This document shows, piece by piece, positions 8,859 through 19,123 of a DNA stretch of 64,000 bases. This stretch comes from an uncultured Flavobacteriaceae bacterium. GTDB lineage: Bacteria > Bacteroidota > Bacteroidia > Flavobacteriales > Flavobacteriaceae. Position 1 is the stretch's first letter, and each line of letters begins with the position of its first letter. Made by a program: the position numbers and the translations under genes. The notes under the pieces were generated by a model. It worked only from the letters and a program-made list of their open reading frames with translations, did not search any database and was not told the origin of the DNA. The stretch covers positions 18,727-82,726 of the forward strand of contig CAJQMK010000002.1 in assembly GCA_905479415.1 (NCBI GenBank), given 5' to 3'.

Positions 8859-10439
8859 TTAAATATTTAAAGGGAATTTTATTGTAAAAGTACTACCCTT
8901 ATCTAATATACTATCAACATTAATTGTACCAAAGTGAAGGTCAACTATTTTTTTCACGTACGACAAACCTAGACCATGACCTTTAACATTGTGTATATTC
9001 CCCTTAGTTTCTCGATAAAATTTATCAAAAATCTTTTCTTTTACATCATTATTCATTCCCATTCCATTGTCAGTAATTTTAATAAAAATATGATCTACTT
9101 CATTAAAAGTAGAAACATTTATTAATGGTAAATCAGTAGAATATTTAATTGAGTTCTCTAATATGTTAACTATAACATTTACCAAATCTTCATGAGAGCC
9201 CAGTACGTTTAATTGATTAGCTATTAGATCATTTTCAATTGTAGCATTTCTATTTTTAAATAATAATTTTAAATGAATAAATGATTCTTCAATTACATCA
9301 TGAATATTACAGTTAGTTTTTTTAATTATATTTTCTTTTTTTTCTAACTGTGAAATTCTTAAAACATTTTCAACCTGATTATTCATTCTATCATTTTCAT
9401 CTTTAATCATCTTAAGATATTGTGATCTTTTTTTAATATCATTTCTAACATTTATATTTTCAATTGCGTCAATAGCTAATTTTATAGTTGCAATTGGAGT
9501 TTTAAACTCATGAGTCATATTATTAATAAAATCAGATTTAATTTCAGAAACTTTTTTTTGTTTTAAAATTTGAAATATAGTAGATGCAAAAGTTATGATA
9601 ATTGCTAAAGTAAAAAGTAATGAAAGTAAAATCAAAGTAGTCAAAGATGATCTTAAAAAAATTTTTCTTTCAGGAAACGCAATAACTAACTCAAACTCAC
9701 TATTGCCATTTTCATTTACAAATAAAGGGGATTTATATTTTCTTAAACCCTCTAAATTGGTATAATTATCAGAACCAACTTTTGTTGCAAATGACCCATT
9801 AAAAACTCTGTATTGGAAAGGTATATCAATATCTCTATCTCTTAATTCTCTTTGTAAAAGTAGCTCTAACTCAATATTAGTTAATCTTCTATGAATAGGT
9901 TTCAAAGAAGCTAATTCCATAAAAATTGAAGCATATTTTGCTTTATCCATTAAGGACAATCTTTCAATTCTTTGCAATCTTTCAATAGAACTCATATTTT
10001 GCATTTCTCTATCAAAAGCTTCGTCAATAATTGTAGTTGTTTTAATACCTTTATAATCAATAATTGATGAAGAATCTAATGATTCCTGATCGAAGAGCTT
10101 TGCAGAAACGTTATAATCTTCTTCTAAAATACCGTGAGAATAAATATAAGTTTGGTTTGTATTTTCATTTCTATCAACAAACTTAAATACAGCACTGAGT
10201 TGTGATTCTTTAGGTGAGCCTATACTATCTATTAACTTTTGATAAACTGCAAGATAATCTCTCATCTCTCTGCTTTGAATTTGTTCAGAAACAGATTTTA
10301 ATGCTTGATTAATATTTAATGAGAATTGTCTTTCTTTATTATCAAGAGTAGTTTTAATCCAAAATCCTTGAACAAAAATTATTCCAACTAATGCGAAAGT
10401 CATAATTGCTATAAGGGGATAAAATATCTTTTTATTCAT
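8859..10439 (-). CDS. sensor histidine kinase with about 240-aa extracytoplasmic domain
   Basis: 526 aa. One TM near the N-terminus and a second near aa 265-290. H-box NMTHEFKTPIATI, G1 ITDNGMGM, G2 GHGLGLSYV. Confidence 0.9.
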   Translation of the reverse strand: MNKKIFYPLIAIMTFALVGIIFVQGFWIKTTLDNKERQFSLNINQALKSVSEQIQSREMRDYLAVYQKLIDSIGSPKESQLSAVFKFVDRNENTNQTYIYSHGILEEDYNVSAKLFDQESLDSSSIIDYKGIKTTTIIDEAFDREMQNMSSIERLQRIERLSLMDKAKYASIFMELASLKPIHRRLTNIELELLLQRELRDRDIDIPFQYRVFNGSFATKVGSDNYTNLEGLRKYKSPLFVNENGNSEFELVIAFPERKIFLRSSLTTLILLSLLFTLAIIITFASTIFQILKQKKVSEIKSDFINNMTHEFKTPIATIKLAIDAIENINVRNDIKKRSQYLKMIKDENDRMNNQVENVLRISQLEKKENIIKKTNCNIHDVIEESFIHLKLLFKNRNATIENDLIANQLNVLGSHEDLVNVIVNILENSIKYSTDLPLINVSTFNEVDHIFIKITDNGMGMNNDVKEKIFDKFYRETKGNIHNVKGHGLGLSYVKKIVDLHFGTINVDSILDKGSTFTIKFPLNI

Positions 10440-10446
10440 AAACTAA

Positions 10447-11034
10447 TTAAACAAAAATAGAATTAAAATGATTTATTAATGATAAAACTATTTTTCGATT
10501 TTCATTCTCTGAACTATTTTTCAAAACATAATCAGCTAATGGTATTTTTTTTTGATCAGCCCATTGGTTATTAATTTTTAGCAAAACATCGTCTTTTTTT
10601 ATATTATCTCTTTTTATAATTCTTTCAACTCTTAAATTGAATTCAGATGTAACTAAAATATTATAATCATTTGACTTATATGATCCAGATTCGAAAACTA
10701 AAGCAGATTCATAAATAACATAATCATTATTCAATTTACTTTTCCATTGTTTGAAATCATTAAAAACCTCAGGGTGAACAATAGAATTGATTTTATTTAA
10801 TGCAATTGAGTCATTAAAAATTAAATTTGAAACATATTTTTTATTGAGTAAGCCATTTGAATAGGTTGAGGAACCAAAACATTCAATTAATTTTAGTTTT
10901 AATTTTTTAGAACTATTCATTAATATTTTTGCACTTGAATCCGAATCATAAACTGGAACAGAATTGCTTTTAAACACTTTTGCTATTGTAGATTTTCCTG
11001 AACCAATACCACCTGTTAGACCAATTATTTTCAT
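10447..11034 (-). CDS. coaE: dephospho-CoA kinase
   Basis: 195 aa. N-terminal IGLTGGIGSGKST P-loop, with length and layout typical of CoaE. Confidence 0.9.
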   Translation of the reverse strand: MKIIGLTGGIGSGKSTIAKVFKSNSVPVYDSDSSAKILMNSSKKLKLKLIECFGSSTYSNGLLNKKYVSNLIFNDSIALNKINSIVHPEVFNDFKQWKSKLNNDYVIYESALVFESGSYKSNDYNILVTSEFNLRVERIIKRDNIKKDDVLLKINNQWADQKKIPLADYVLKNSSENENRKIVLSLINHFNSIFV

Positions 11035-11076
11035 AAGTATAATACAAAATTAACTGAAGTTTTTGTTTAAAAGAAA

Positions 11077-11901
11077 CTAATCTTTATTTGTAGAAGAGAC
11101 TATATCAATAATTTCTTGACTTACTCCTACATTAGAAAAACCTCCATCGTTATACAAATTTTGAAGTGTTACTCTCTTAGTTAAATCTGAGAAAAGAGTT
11201 ACTGTATAATTCGCACAATCTAAAGCAGTAGCATTTCCAAGAGGAGACATTTTTTCAGCATAAGTAATAAAACCATCAAATCCTGTAACCCCTTTTCCAG
11301 CAGTAGTAGGAGTTGGCGATTGAGAAATTGTATTTACCCTTACTTTTTTCTCTTTCCCAAAGAAATATCCAAAACTTCTAGCAATAGACTCTAAATAAGC
11401 CTTATTATCTGCCATATCGTTGTAATTTGGAAATACTCTTTGAGCAGCCATGTATGAAAGAGCAACAATGCTTGACCATTCATTCATCGCATCAAGTTTA
11501 TATAGACTTTGTAATAATTTGTGAAAAGAAACAGCAGACACATCCCAACCTTTACCAGTCCAATCGTGATTTAAATCAGTGTAATGTTTTCCCTTTCTGA
11601 CGTTGACAGACATACCAATTGAGTGAAGGACAAAATCAATTTTACCTTCAAAAATTTTCATAGTTTCATTAATAAGGCTTTCTAAATCTTCAATTTTAGT
11701 TGCATCAGCTGCAATAAGTCTTGAGTTTGTCTTTTTAGCAAGTTGATCAACATTTCCCATTCTTAGTGCAATTGGTGCATTGGTTAAAACAAATTCTCCT
11801 CCTTCTTCAAACACTCTTTCAGCTGTTTTCCAAGCAATTGAGTTCTCGTCTAAAGCCCCAAAGATTATTCCTTTCTTTCCTTTTAACAAATTGTATGACA
11901 T
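11077..11901 (-). CDS. fabI: enoyl-[acyl-carrier-protein] reductase (NADH), FabI type
   Basis: 274 aa. LSYMAAQRVFPNYNDMADNKAYLES matches the FabI Y-x6-K active-site block (E. coli [24 protein letters not shown]). Confidence 0.85.
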   Translation of the reverse strand: MSYNLLKGKKGIIFGALDENSIAWKTAERVFEEGGEFVLTNAPIALRMGNVDQLAKKTNSRLIAADATKIEDLESLINETMKIFEGKIDFVLHSIGMSVNVRKGKHYTDLNHDWTGKGWDVSAVSFHKLLQSLYKLDAMNEWSSIVALSYMAAQRVFPNYNDMADNKAYLESIARSFGYFFGKEKKVRVNTISQSPTPTTAGKGVTGFDGFITYAEKMSPLGNATALDCANYTVTLFSDLTKRVTLQNLYNDGGFSNVGVSQEIIDIVSSTNKD

Positions 11902-11926
11902 ATAAATAATTTGTGTAAATATAATA

Positions 11927-13579
11927 TTAATTAAGTAACTCTTTAGCGTGTAATACAGCTGAGTCAGACATCAAGTCACCAGCAAGCATTTTAGCAATTT
12001 CGTCTATTCGTTCTTTATTACTTAACTTCTTTACCATTGTTGATGTAGAACTTATATTATTGTATTTGTAAACTTTTAATTGATGGTCACCTTTAGCTGC
12101 TACTTGAGGAAGGTGTGTAATAGCAATAATTTGCATTTTAGAACTCATTTCAAGCATCATATTAGCCATGGCATTAGACATTTCACCTGAAACACCTGAA
12201 TCAATTTCATCAAAAATCATAGTAGGCAAATTTAAATGACTGGAGAGAATAGATTTAATTGACAACAAAATTCTTGATAGTTCACCCCCTGATGCAATTT
12301 TAAATAACGGTGCGTATTTTATTCCTTTATTAGCAGAAAACAAAACTTCTATCTGATCAGATCCAAATCTATTAAAATCATCAAGTTCAGAAATTTTAAA
12401 ATCAAATGATGCATTTTTCATTCCTAAATCAAGTAATAAGGATTCCAATTGTAATTTAAGCTTTGGGATTATTTTTTTTCTTGAAATTGAAATTTTCTTG
12501 GAAATTTCTGTTAAATAGTTTTTTTTCTTTCTGATTGATTTTTCAAGTTCATCAATATTAATTTCAACAGTACCTGATTCATCTAATTTACTTTTAAGAT
12601 GTTTTTGTTTAATTAATAAATCACTTATTGAATTTACAGAATGTTTTTTTTGTAAGGAATAGATAATATTAAGTCTTGATTCAAGTTTTTCAATTTCAGA
12701 ATAATCATCATTAAAATCAAAGGATGGGTTATTTAATTCAGATTTTATATCATTTAGCTCAATTAATAGACTATCAATCCGTTCTTTAATTGAGGAAAAA
12801 TTTTTAGAAAATTTTGAAATATTATTTAAAATTGAATTTAAAGAATATATCTTATTTTCGATACTATCTTCAGAATTATATAAGATTTGATCAATTTGAG
12901 AAAATGAAGATTTAAGTTCTTCAGAATTTTTATAAAGCTTTAATTTATTTTCAATAATATCCTGCTCATCAGAAACTAAATTAACATCACTAAGTTCGTT
13001 ATATAAATACAACAGATAGTCGTTATCATTTTGTAGACTAGTATTTAATCTATTTAATTTATCTAATTCTATCTTTGATTCTCTGTAGTTGGATAAGGTT
13101 TGATTGAAATTCTTTACTATTAACTGTTGTTCTGCTAAATTATCAATTAGTGAATAAAAAAAAGAGTTATTAGAATTAGCCAAAGTTTGATGCTGGGTAT
13201 GTATATCAAGAAGCTTTTCTCCAATGGTTTTTAAAAGATCTAAATTTACAGGTGAATCGTTAATAAATGACCTAGACTTACCATTAGGAAGAATTTCTCT
13301 TCTTAATATAGCTTGATCAAAATAATCAATATTATTGTCAACAAATAAATTTCTAATATTAAAACATGATAAATTAAATTCTGCTTCTAAAACACATTTT
13401 AAGTTAGAATTTTTTAATAAATTTTGACCGGCTCTTTTACCAATAATTAAAGATAATGCACTTAACAAAATAGACTTTCCTGAGCCAGTATCACCAGTTA
13501 CAGTAGTAAAACCGGTTGAAAAATCAATTTCAACTTTATCAATTAAAGTGAAATTTTTAATTAAAATTTTGGTTATCAA
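11927..13579 (-). CDS. recN: DNA repair protein RecN
   Basis: 550 aa. Walker A GDTGSGKSIL, long coiled-coil middle, signature SGGELSRILLSI, Walker B MIFDEIDSGVSG. Confidence 0.95.
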   Translation of the reverse strand: MITKILIKNFTLIDKVEIDFSTGFTTVTGDTGSGKSILLSALSLIIGKRAGQNLLKNSNLKCVLEAEFNLSCFNIRNLFVDNNIDYFDQAILRREILPNGKSRSFINDSPVNLDLLKTIGEKLLDIHTQHQTLANSNNSFFYSLIDNLAEQQLIVKNFNQTLSNYRESKIELDKLNRLNTSLQNDNDYLLYLYNELSDVNLVSDEQDIIENKLKLYKNSEELKSSFSQIDQILYNSEDSIENKIYSLNSILNNISKFSKNFSSIKERIDSLLIELNDIKSELNNPSFDFNDDYSEIEKLESRLNIIYSLQKKHSVNSISDLLIKQKHLKSKLDESGTVEINIDELEKSIRKKKNYLTEISKKISISRKKIIPKLKLQLESLLLDLGMKNASFDFKISELDDFNRFGSDQIEVLFSANKGIKYAPLFKIASGGELSRILLSIKSILSSHLNLPTMIFDEIDSGVSGEMSNAMANMMLEMSSKMQIIAITHLPQVAAKGDHQLKVYKYNNISSTSTMVKKLSNKERIDEIAKMLAGDLMSDSAVLHAKELLN

Positions 13580-13611
13580 AGTTTTTTAATTTAGTTATTA
13601 AATTAATAAAA

Positions 13612-14505
13612 TTATCTTATACTATTCCATTTGTTCGATAAGAAAGGGTTAAGATAATTTAAATCTGAAACTAGACTAGTTACGTCAAAAAATGATCCTC
13701 CAGAAAAAATATCTTTAATTTCATCTGATTTTGAATCAAATAATATTTTTAACAAAATCGAATTAGGTTTTCTTTGCTGAAGTGATTTCAAGGATGAAAT
13801 CGAATTAGCAATATTTTTTTTTGCAGAAAAAATATCAGAATGCATTAGATCCAATCCATTTACATGATAATTAAACAAAAAATTAGAAAATTCATTAGAA
13901 TCATTTGAAGTTAAATATTCAATTAGCCAAAACTTATTAAATTTTCCTCCATTGTGAGAAGAATTCCATCCTGGAACATTACTTTGGTTAGCATAATTTA
14001 AAATCTTCTTAGAAATATCATAAAAATAATTTCCAGAATTAATAACAAATGAATCGTGATCAATTCCTACTATAATATTTATATAAAAACCAAACAATGA
14101 AGATATTTTTGAATCGAACTGATTATCTCTATATATGATAGGCTCGAATTCGAGATAGTCAAACTGAAAGTTCTTTTCTATATAGTTAAAAATAGGAGTA
14201 GAATATGAGGAATTGAATACAGGCCTTGAGGCTTGAAATTCAATGTTTGCTACATAACTATTATTTGAATAACTCGTGATTGATAATAAAATACTTAAAT
14301 TAACTTTTTCAAATTCAGAATAATTAACATTTGACCAACTTGAATTATTTATAAAATTTGATAAGGAAATTTCTAAATTTTTAAAAACAGAACTATTAGT
14401 TTGATTGATAGATTCAGAATTCACAATAACCTTAGCGTTGATTTCTTGAGAATATGAAAAATTTAGACATAAAAATATTAATATAAAAAGGGTTATTTTT
14501 TTCAT
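13612..14505 (-). CDS. exported protein of unknown function (DUF4835-like)
   Basis: 297 aa with signal peptide MKKITLFILIFLCLNFSYSQ. Its position between coaBC and recN matches the flavobacterial DUF4835 gene as I remember it. There are no catalytic motifs. Confidence 0.6.
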   Translation of the reverse strand: MKKITLFILIFLCLNFSYSQEINAKVIVNSESINQTNSSVFKNLEISLSNFINNSSWSNVNYSEFEKVNLSILLSITSYSNNSYVANIEFQASRPVFNSSYSTPIFNYIEKNFQFDYLEFEPIIYRDNQFDSKISSLFGFYINIIVGIDHDSFVINSGNYFYDISKKILNYANQSNVPGWNSSHNGGKFNKFWLIEYLTSNDSNEFSNFLFNYHVNGLDLMHSDIFSAKKNIANSISSLKSLQQRKPNSILLKILFDSKSDEIKDIFSGGSFFDVTSLVSDLNYLNPFLSNKWNSIR

Positions 14506-15716
14506 AAGAAATTTTTAATTAGTTCATTAAAAATATCTTTCGAAACATCAATTTTAGATTTTAATTTGAATTTTTTGATTTTTCCATTTTTATTTATAAA
14601 AGTTACTTTATTGGTGTCATGTCCAAATCCAGCACCTTTATCGTTTAGAGAATTTAATACTATAGCATCTAAATTTTTATTCTCGATTTTAGATAAAGCG
14701 TTCTGAAATTCGTTATCTGTTTCGAGCGCGAATCCAACAAGAATTTGTTTATTAGATTTAATTTCGCCAAGGTGTTTCAAAATATCTTTATTCTCAACTA
14801 AATCGATTGAAAGCAAATTTCCACTCTTTTTTTTGATTTTAACTTTAGATCTTTTTTTTGGTTTAAAATCTGATACTGCTGAGGAAAGAATTGAAATATC
14901 AGATGATCTAAAATGTTTTACAACTTCTAAAAACATTTCATCTGCAGAAACAATATTAATAACAGTAATATTAGCGTCAGTTATATTCAAACTAGTTGGA
15001 CCTGTAATTAATACAACTTCAGCACCCAAATTAGCTGCAGTTTTAGCCAAAGAAAAACCCATTTTTCCAGATGAAAAATTGCCAATAAAACGAACAGCAT
15101 CAATCGGCTCATATGTTGGACCTGCAGTTATTAATATTTTTTTATTAAATAATTTTAAACCTTTACTAATATCTTTAATTATAAAACTTACAATCTCCTC
15201 AGGTTCTTTCATCCTGCCTTCTCCCTCAAGTCCACTAGCCAAAAATCCGGAATTTACTGGTATATGAATCTTTCCATGAATAATTAGCTTTTGAATATTT
15301 TCTTGATTAGCTAAATTCTTATGCATATCCAAATCCATAGCTGGAGCAAAATAAACAGGACATTTTGAAGATAAATAAGTAGCTAGAAGCAGATTATCAG
15401 CTCTTGCAGAAGCCATTTTAGATAAAGTATTTGATGTAGCTGGAGCTATTAAAAAAATATCTGCCCAAAGTGCTAGTTCGACATGATTATTCCAAAGTTT
15501 ATTTTCATCGTTTTGATCAAAAAAATCTGATATAACAGGCTTGTTCGATAATGTTGAAAGAGTTAGCGGAGTTACAAAATTCTTTGAACTAGGTGTCATT
15601 AAAACTTGAACATGTGCTCCTTGTTTTTTTAAAAGTCTAACTATGTAAGTTGATTTATAAGCAGCAATACCACCTGTAACTCCAAGTAAGATATTTTTAC
15701 CACTTAGAATAGACAT
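14502..15716 (-). CDS. coaBC: bifunctional phosphopantothenoylcysteine decarboxylase / phosphopantothenate-cysteine ligase
   Basis: 404 aa. N-terminal flavoprotein motif GVTGGIAAYKS and a C-terminal DFP/CoaB domain (ITAGPTYEPIDAVRFIGNFSSGKMG). Confidence 0.95.
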   Translation of the reverse strand: MSILSGKNILLGVTGGIAAYKSTYIVRLLKKQGAHVQVLMTPSSKNFVTPLTLSTLSNKPVISDFFDQNDENKLWNNHVELALWADIFLIAPATSNTLSKMASARADNLLLATYLSSKCPVYFAPAMDLDMHKNLANQENIQKLIIHGKIHIPVNSGFLASGLEGEGRMKEPEEIVSFIIKDISKGLKLFNKKILITAGPTYEPIDAVRFIGNFSSGKMGFSLAKTAANLGAEVVLITGPTSLNITDANITVINIVSADEMFLEVVKHFRSSDISILSSAVSDFKPKKRSKVKIKKKSGNLLSIDLVENKDILKHLGEIKSNKQILVGFALETDNEFQNALSKIENKNLDAIVLNSLNDKGAGFGHDTNKVTFINKNGKIKKFKLKSKIDVSKDIFNELIKNFL

Positions 15717-15718
15717 TT

Positions 15719-16042
15719 CTATTCTTTAATTTCAGTATTTCTATAATAAATTTTTTCCTTTAACCAATTTTCAACGGCCATAGCATGAGCTTTAGGAAGT
15801 TTTTCATAAAATTTAGAAACTTCAATTTGTTCTTTGTTTTCAAAAATTTCATCTAAACTCTCTGTTGGACTTGCAAACTCTTCTAGTTTATCTAACAATT
15901 CTTTTTTAATAGATTCATTTATCTGAATTGTTCTTTTAGATATGATTGAAATAGCTTCGTAAATGTTATCGGTTTTAGCATCAATAGCATTTCTGTCGTA
16001 AGTGATAGTTTCTAGTGGTGCATCAGTTTTTTTAAAATCCAT
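15719..16042 (-). CDS. rpoZ: RNA polymerase omega-subunit-like protein
   Basis: 107 aa. NIYEAISIISKRTIQIN resembles the omega core helix (NRYELV..AKRARQL). Its position between bamD and coaBC is conserved in Flavobacteriia. Confidence 0.7.
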   Translation of the reverse strand: MDFKKTDAPLETITYDRNAIDAKTDNIYEAISIISKRTIQINESIKKELLDKLEEFASPTESLDEIFENKEQIEVSKFYEKLPKAHAMAVENWLKEKIYYRNTEIKE

Positions 16043-16052
16043 GTTGTTTAAT

Positions 16053-16868
16053 TTACTGTACTGTTATATTTTTTGCAAATGTAGTAATTTCTTTGTCTAT
16101 AGACTCAATCATTTTTGTTGATTTGTCAATGTATTTAGTTTCCGGATAGGTAGCCATTAATTCATTATGAATTTTTTTTGCTGCTTCTAATCTTTCAAAT
16201 TTCTTTGAATCAATACTATTTACAGCCAATTCGTAAGATGAATCTAACAGATAAAACAATGCATCCTCTCTGTAGGGAGTGCCTGGGTAATCGGAAATAA
16301 AGTCATCTAAAACAATTATTGCAGATTTATAATCTCTTATTGTATTAAATTGTTTTGCTATTTCAAAAGCTTTTAATTCAAGTTTGATTCTTAATTCTTG
16401 AACTAAATCGTTTGCATCAGACATTTTTTCAGAATTTGGATAAGAATTTATAAATTCTTGAAGTTTGTCAATAGCAGTTAAAGTTTCTTTTTGATCTAAG
16501 CTAAAAACAGGCGAAGTTTTATAGTAAGAATAAGCACCTAAATATGCCGCTTCATCAACTTTTTGGCTAAGTGGATATGCTTTTATAAAACTTTCAAATT
16601 GATAACCTGCATCAATATACTTTCTGGTATTTAATAATGAATTAGCATAAAAAAAAGTAACTCTTTCAGCTTGTGGTTTGCCTCTGTATTGAGATTGAAT
16701 TTGTTCGAATAATCTAGATGCACGTCTAAATTCTTGATCTTCATAATATTTTTCAGCAACTTCATACTTTAATTTGATATCCTCACTTTTTAAAACTCTT
16801 TGAAACTCGTTACAAGAAGACAAGGATATTAAGAAAAAAATAATTGGTAATTTATTTTTTAAATACAT
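16053..16868 (-). CDS. bamD: outer membrane protein assembly factor BamD (TPR lipoprotein)
   Basis: 271 aa. Lipobox LSSC, TPR-like repeats throughout, with typical YfiO/BamD length and context. Confidence 0.85.
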   Translation of the reverse strand: MYLKNKLPIIFFLISLSSCNEFQRVLKSEDIKLKYEVAEKYYEDQEFRRASRLFEQIQSQYRGKPQAERVTFFYANSLLNTRKYIDAGYQFESFIKAYPLSQKVDEAAYLGAYSYYKTSPVFSLDQKETLTAIDKLQEFINSYPNSEKMSDANDLVQELRIKLELKAFEIAKQFNTIRDYKSAIIVLDDFISDYPGTPYREDALFYLLDSSYELAVNSIDSKKFERLEAAKKIHNELMATYPETKYIDKSTKMIESIDKEITTFAKNITVQ

Positions 16869-16899
16869 CTGGCAAATTTAGTATTTTTTTCTAAACGAT

Positions 16900-17796
16900 T
16901 TAATAATCTTTTATTATTGTAGAAATTGAATTATTAATCTTAATTTTTAATTCATCTGAAACAGGAACTAAAGGTAATCTCAAAATATTTTCGCATAAAT
17001 TTAATTTATGTAAAGCAGATTTAATTCCAGAGGGGTTTCCTTCCAAAAAAAGATAATCTAATAATGGCTTTACAATTTTGAATTTTGACTGAGATTCAAA
17101 CTCTTTTTTTTCCATCGATAGATTAATTATTTCTGAAAATTCTTTAGGAATACAACCTGCAATTACAGAGATAACTCCGTCTCCACCCATTAAAACACTT
17201 TGATAAGCAGTATTATCGTCACCAGAAATAACTAAAAAATCATCAGGTTTGTTTATAATTAATTGTTTTACTTGATTTAAATCCCCACTAGCTTCTTTTA
17301 TACCAATTATATTTTTAAACTCATTTGCTAGCCTTATAGTAGTTTCAGGAAGTATATTGCATCCTGTTCTTGACGGAACATTATATAAAATAATTGGTAT
17401 TGTTGATGATTGAGCTATTAAAGAATAATGCTTGTAAAGGCCCTCCATTGTAGGTCTATTATAGTATGGTGTTACAGAAAGAATAGCAGAATAACCTAAA
17501 AAATCAGATTCTTTTATTTCATTTAATAAAGACATAGTATCATTTGAGCCTAAACCTAAAACCAATGGAACACGATTATTATTAGCTTCAACAAATGCTT
17601 TTCTAGAAATAATTTTTTCATCATTACTCATTGTGGAACTTTCTCCTGTAGTACCTTGAACAACAATATAATTAATGTCATTTTCAACAAGAAAATCAAC
17701 AAGGTTTTTAATGGCTACAAAATCTATTGAAAGATCTTTTTTGAAAGGAGTTACTACAGCTACACCTGTGCCTTTAAGTTTTTTTAATAAACTCAT
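16900..17796 (-). CDS. dapA: 4-hydroxy-tetrahydrodipicolinate synthase
   Basis: 298 aa. VVQGTTGESSTM, YNVPSRTG, and GIKEASGD carrying the Schiff-base Lys. Confidence 0.95.
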   Translation of the reverse strand: MSLLKKLKGTGVAVVTPFKKDLSIDFVAIKNLVDFLVENDINYIVVQGTTGESSTMSNDEKIISRKAFVEANNNRVPLVLGLGSNDTMSLLNEIKESDFLGYSAILSVTPYYNRPTMEGLYKHYSLIAQSSTIPIILYNVPSRTGCNILPETTIRLANEFKNIIGIKEASGDLNQVKQLIINKPDDFLVISGDDNTAYQSVLMGGDGVISVIAGCIPKEFSEIINLSMEKKEFESQSKFKIVKPLLDYLFLEGNPSGIKSALHKLNLCENILRLPLVPVSDELKIKINNSISTIIKDY

Positions 17797-18311
17797 TATT
17801 TAATTATTCTTAAGTATTTAATTAATTCACTATCAAATTCTTTAAATTTTTTTATTTTTTCAGAGAAAATTAGATCATTTAATCTTGAATCTACGGAGCT
17901 AAAACCAACTCTAAATTTAGCATTCACTTTTGAAGACAATAAAGTCAAAACATTATTGGACTTAAAAAAATTAATTAATAAATCGTAATCATAAGAAATA
18001 AATTCCAAGGAGTCTTTTCCTTTTAAATTACCTGAATAAGAAATAGATTTTGGAGTTATATTCATATTTGAAAAAATATTAAAACCATTATCATTTTCTT
18101 GAAAAGTAATTAGCTTTAAATCTTTCTCTTTCAAACCTATCCTATGTACTAGTTTGATAAAATTACTAACCTCAACAGGGAACATTGGGTCAATGATACA
18201 ACCAATTGTTTTTATAGGGTTTGGTTTTATTCTTGTCTGGTTATTTAAAAGTTCTAGTGATTTATTTATCTTTTTTTTAACAAGATTCTCATGTAGTGAT
18301 TTAAATATCAT
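17796..18311 (-). CDS. hypothetical protein
   Basis: 171 aa with no motif I recognise. It is co-directional with dapA, and its stop overlaps the dapA start by 1 nt, which supports it being real. Confidence 0.55.
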   Translation of the reverse strand: MIFKSLHENLVKKKINKSLELLNNQTRIKPNPIKTIGCIIDPMFPVEVSNFIKLVHRIGLKEKDLKLITFQENDNGFNIFSNMNITPKSISYSGNLKGKDSLEFISYDYDLLINFFKSNNVLTLLSSKVNAKFRVGFSSVDSRLNDLIFSEKIKKFKEFDSELIKYLRIIK

Positions 18312-18373
18312 ATCTTTAAAGTTCTGCTAAATTACATATTTAAGAATTGATTACTATTTTTTACAATAAAAAC

Positions 18374-19123
18374 ATGAAATTGAAACTAATTGTTTTAATT
18401 ATAACTCTATTTACAGTTTCTTGCACAAATACAGATTACACTATTTCAAAAATTTCTTACGAAGACAATATTAAAGTTCAAGATTCAGTCGGTGATATTG
18501 AAATTGAATTAATTATTAAACCATTTAGAAATAAAATTAAAACGTTAGAAAAAACCGTAGGATTTAGTGAAGAATCTTATAGTATTCGTGATGGCAAATT
18601 GGAATCTACTCTTGGTAATTTAATTGCTGATATTTTGTATGAGGAGTCCAATCCTGAATTTTACAAAATGACTTCAAAAAACATAGATTTTGCATTATTT
18701 AATTATGGTGGTGTTAGAGGAACATTAAATAAAGGTAAAATAACTCAACATGATTTATTTACAATAATGCCATGGAAAAACTTAGCAACCGTAGTAAAAA
18801 TAAAAGGAGAAAAAGTTGTTGAATTAGTCCATTATTTTAATAAGGAAAACTTAGCACACCCTAGCACCCGGTTAGAAATAGAGTTTTTTAATGAAAAAAT
18901 TAAAAAAATACTTATTAATAAAAAACAATTTAATGTGAACAAAAACTATTATGTTTTGACTTCCAACTTTTTACAGGAGGGTGGAGACAAAATGATATTT
19001 TTCAAAGATCCTTTGGAAATCTATAACCTAAATTTGAATTTAAGAGACTTACTAATAAAATCAATGAGAAATAAAAAATTTATTAAGAGTAAACTAGATA
19101 ATAGAATTTTTAGATCAAAATGA
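18374..19123 (+). CDS. 5'-nucleotidase C-terminal (substrate-binding) domain lipoprotein
   Basis: ATG at 18374 gives MKLKLIVLIITLFTVSCTN (lipobox). The track start at 18347 is a TTG. LGNLIADIL, NYGGVRG and FLQEGGD resemble the UshA C-domain. Confidence 0.8.
   Translation: MKLKLIVLIITLFTVSCTNTDYTISKISYEDNIKVQDSVGDIEIELIIKPFRNKIKTLEKTVGFSEESYSIRDGKLESTLGNLIADILYEESNPEFYKMTSKNIDFALFNYGGVRGTLNKGKITQHDLFTIMPWKNLATVVKIKGEKVVELVHYFNKENLAHPSTRLEIEFFNEKIKKILINKKQFNVNKNYYVLTSNFLQEGGDKMIFFKDPLEIYNLNLNLRDLLIKSMRNKKFIKSKLDNRIFRSK

Noticed and set aside
14833-15267. 144-aa ORF antisense to coaBC. Similar long antisense ORFs occur at 28366-28734 (in mltG), 23871-24197 (in ribD), 21163-21447 (in ligA), 48254-48532 (in the tkt C subunit), 720-935 and 1734-1958 (in lon), 5945-6154 (in lpd), 36971-37165 (in murQ) and 62537-62829 (in the SDR).
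   Set aside because: These are shadow ORFs. For the two I checked (this one and 4583-4885), the ORF lies in the antisense frame where a stop can arise only opposite Tyr (TAN) or His/Gln (CAN) codons preceded by particular third-position bases. The coaBC segment opposite this ORF has just one Tyr, one His and no Gln, so an open antisense frame is expected. The translations are low-complexity and carry no recognisable motifs. The host genes are strongly supported.
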